Assembly: GCA_965287045.1 (NCBI GenBank)
Contig: OZ336878.1
Span: 68,324,001 to 68,388,000 of the forward strand
Length of the DNA stretch: 64,000 bases
Direction: 5' to 3'
Source: Carcharhinus amblyrhynchos
Lineage: Eukaryota
The position numbers and the translations under genes are program-made. Under the pieces are notes generated by a model, which had not been told where the DNA came from, did no database searches, and worked only from the letters and a program-made list of their open reading frames with translations. Of the stretch, positions 62,896-64,000 are shown in pieces. The stretch's first letter is position 1. Each line of letters begins with the position of its first letter.

Positions 62896-63145
62896 AGCTT
62901 AAAAATAGCCCTCAACTTCTGCAGTGGTTAATTAGCAAAATGTGTAAATGCAGGAATTCCATGAAATTCAAGGTGTCTGACAGCCAACTATCATTTGCTT
63001 CATGAAAACAGGAGTGTGACTCAAATTGCCTATCAGTTGTAAACTAATGTTTCCTTCCCACAAATTACTGACTGATTTATACAACAGCAGCACATCATTA
63101 ATGGTTCCTGTATGAATTCTGATTTGCTCTATCTTTTATTCCAGT

Positions 63146-63303
63146 TATAAGACCATAAAGACATAGGAGCAGAATTAGGCAACTCAGCCCATTGAGTCTG
63201 CTCCGCTATTTAATCATAGCTGATATTTTTCTCATCCCCATTCTCCTACCTTTTTCCCCATAACCCCTGATTCCCTTATTAATCAAGAACTTATCTATCT
63301 CTG
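63146..63303 (-). mobile_element. CR1 3' tail
   Basis: ataagaccataagacataggagcagaattaggc...ccataacccctgattccc. Confidence 0.75.
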
Positions 63304-64000
63304 TTAATAATACAACTTGGCTACTAACTTAAAACGCAAGTCAGAATCTTGCAATAAGTCTATTCCAATACAGAATTGCAAAAGGAAAGCTACAGGCTGG
63401 AGATTGGTTTAATATTTAATTACAAATAATGACTTTTTTTTTACTGTCAGAAACAGTAAAGGTACCGGGAGATATGGGAGGAAATGCCCTACACTAATAT
63501 TCCAAACTTAATGGAACGGAAGTCCAGGTCAAACTCTTATTATTCAACCCTGGACTCTTGTTCTTAAAGCAAATGATACCTTTCACTAAATGCAACTCCC
63601 AGCTCCTGCAATTTAGGAACCAAAAATTGAAACACAAAATACTGGAAATACTCTGGTATGGTAGCATGTGGAGAGGGAAACAATGCTGATGTTTCCAGTC
63701 AAATCTGATTCTTTATATACTTCAGTCACCAAAATAGAGAGATTAATGAGCCATTAAAGCTGGCTGGATTGTTTTGTGGAATGTATGGTGTGTTTCCCTG
63801 TTAGCCAAGTCATCAGTGCCTTTTGTGAGGGCACTTTATATAATTTGACAGGTACAAAACAATAATTCCAGCAGCGGAATGTTGGCCTTTATTTTAAAAG
63901 GGCTGGTGGATAAAGGATTGGATGTTCTCTAAGCTCCACTTGCACTGCTGTGCTCTGTTCTGGGGACTGCACCTTATGACATTGGAAAAGGCCAAGTGGA

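Noticed and set aside
49332-64000. Second UAP1 coding exon (LLLAGGQGTRLG motif)
   Set aside because: Not found by eye in the window. The intron appears to exceed 14.6 kb.

Overview
Vertebrate nuclear DNA, almost certainly from a shark or other elasmobranch (judged from HE1-type SINEs, SacSINE/Deu-domain SINEs and abundant CR1 LINEs). The only protein-coding exon I can support is the first coding exon of UAP1 (UDP-N-acetylglucosamine pyrophosphorylase 1; 49046-49331, +). It sits in a CpG island and is followed by an intron running past the window end. The rest is a dense, nested set of transposable elements: four very young copies of one CR1 family and many old CR1s, Rex1/Babar, L2 and L1/Tx1 fragments, Penelope-like elements with hammerhead-ribozyme remnants, PIF/Harbinger transposase relics with several MITE families (3-bp TSDs), a hAT MITE, a solo LTR and a tRNA-Arg(ACG) pseudogene. 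Nearly all ORFs in the supplied track are pieces or antisense shadows of these repeats. I see no CRISPR, phage or prokaryote-type system, and nothing I can claim as a proven new system. The best leads are: (1) a decayed retrovirus-like element invisible in the ORF track (integrase, then a strong splice acceptor and possible env start, PPT and LTR); (2) a U2-snRNA-headed short element in the UAP1 intron; (3) Penelope-like insertions with inverted termini and hammerhead motifs; (4) a tRNA-plus-SINE chimera; (5) an XBP1/CREB3-type motif in the UAP1 promoter. Family names come from remembered motifs, not database searches, and coordinates of old repeats are approximate.
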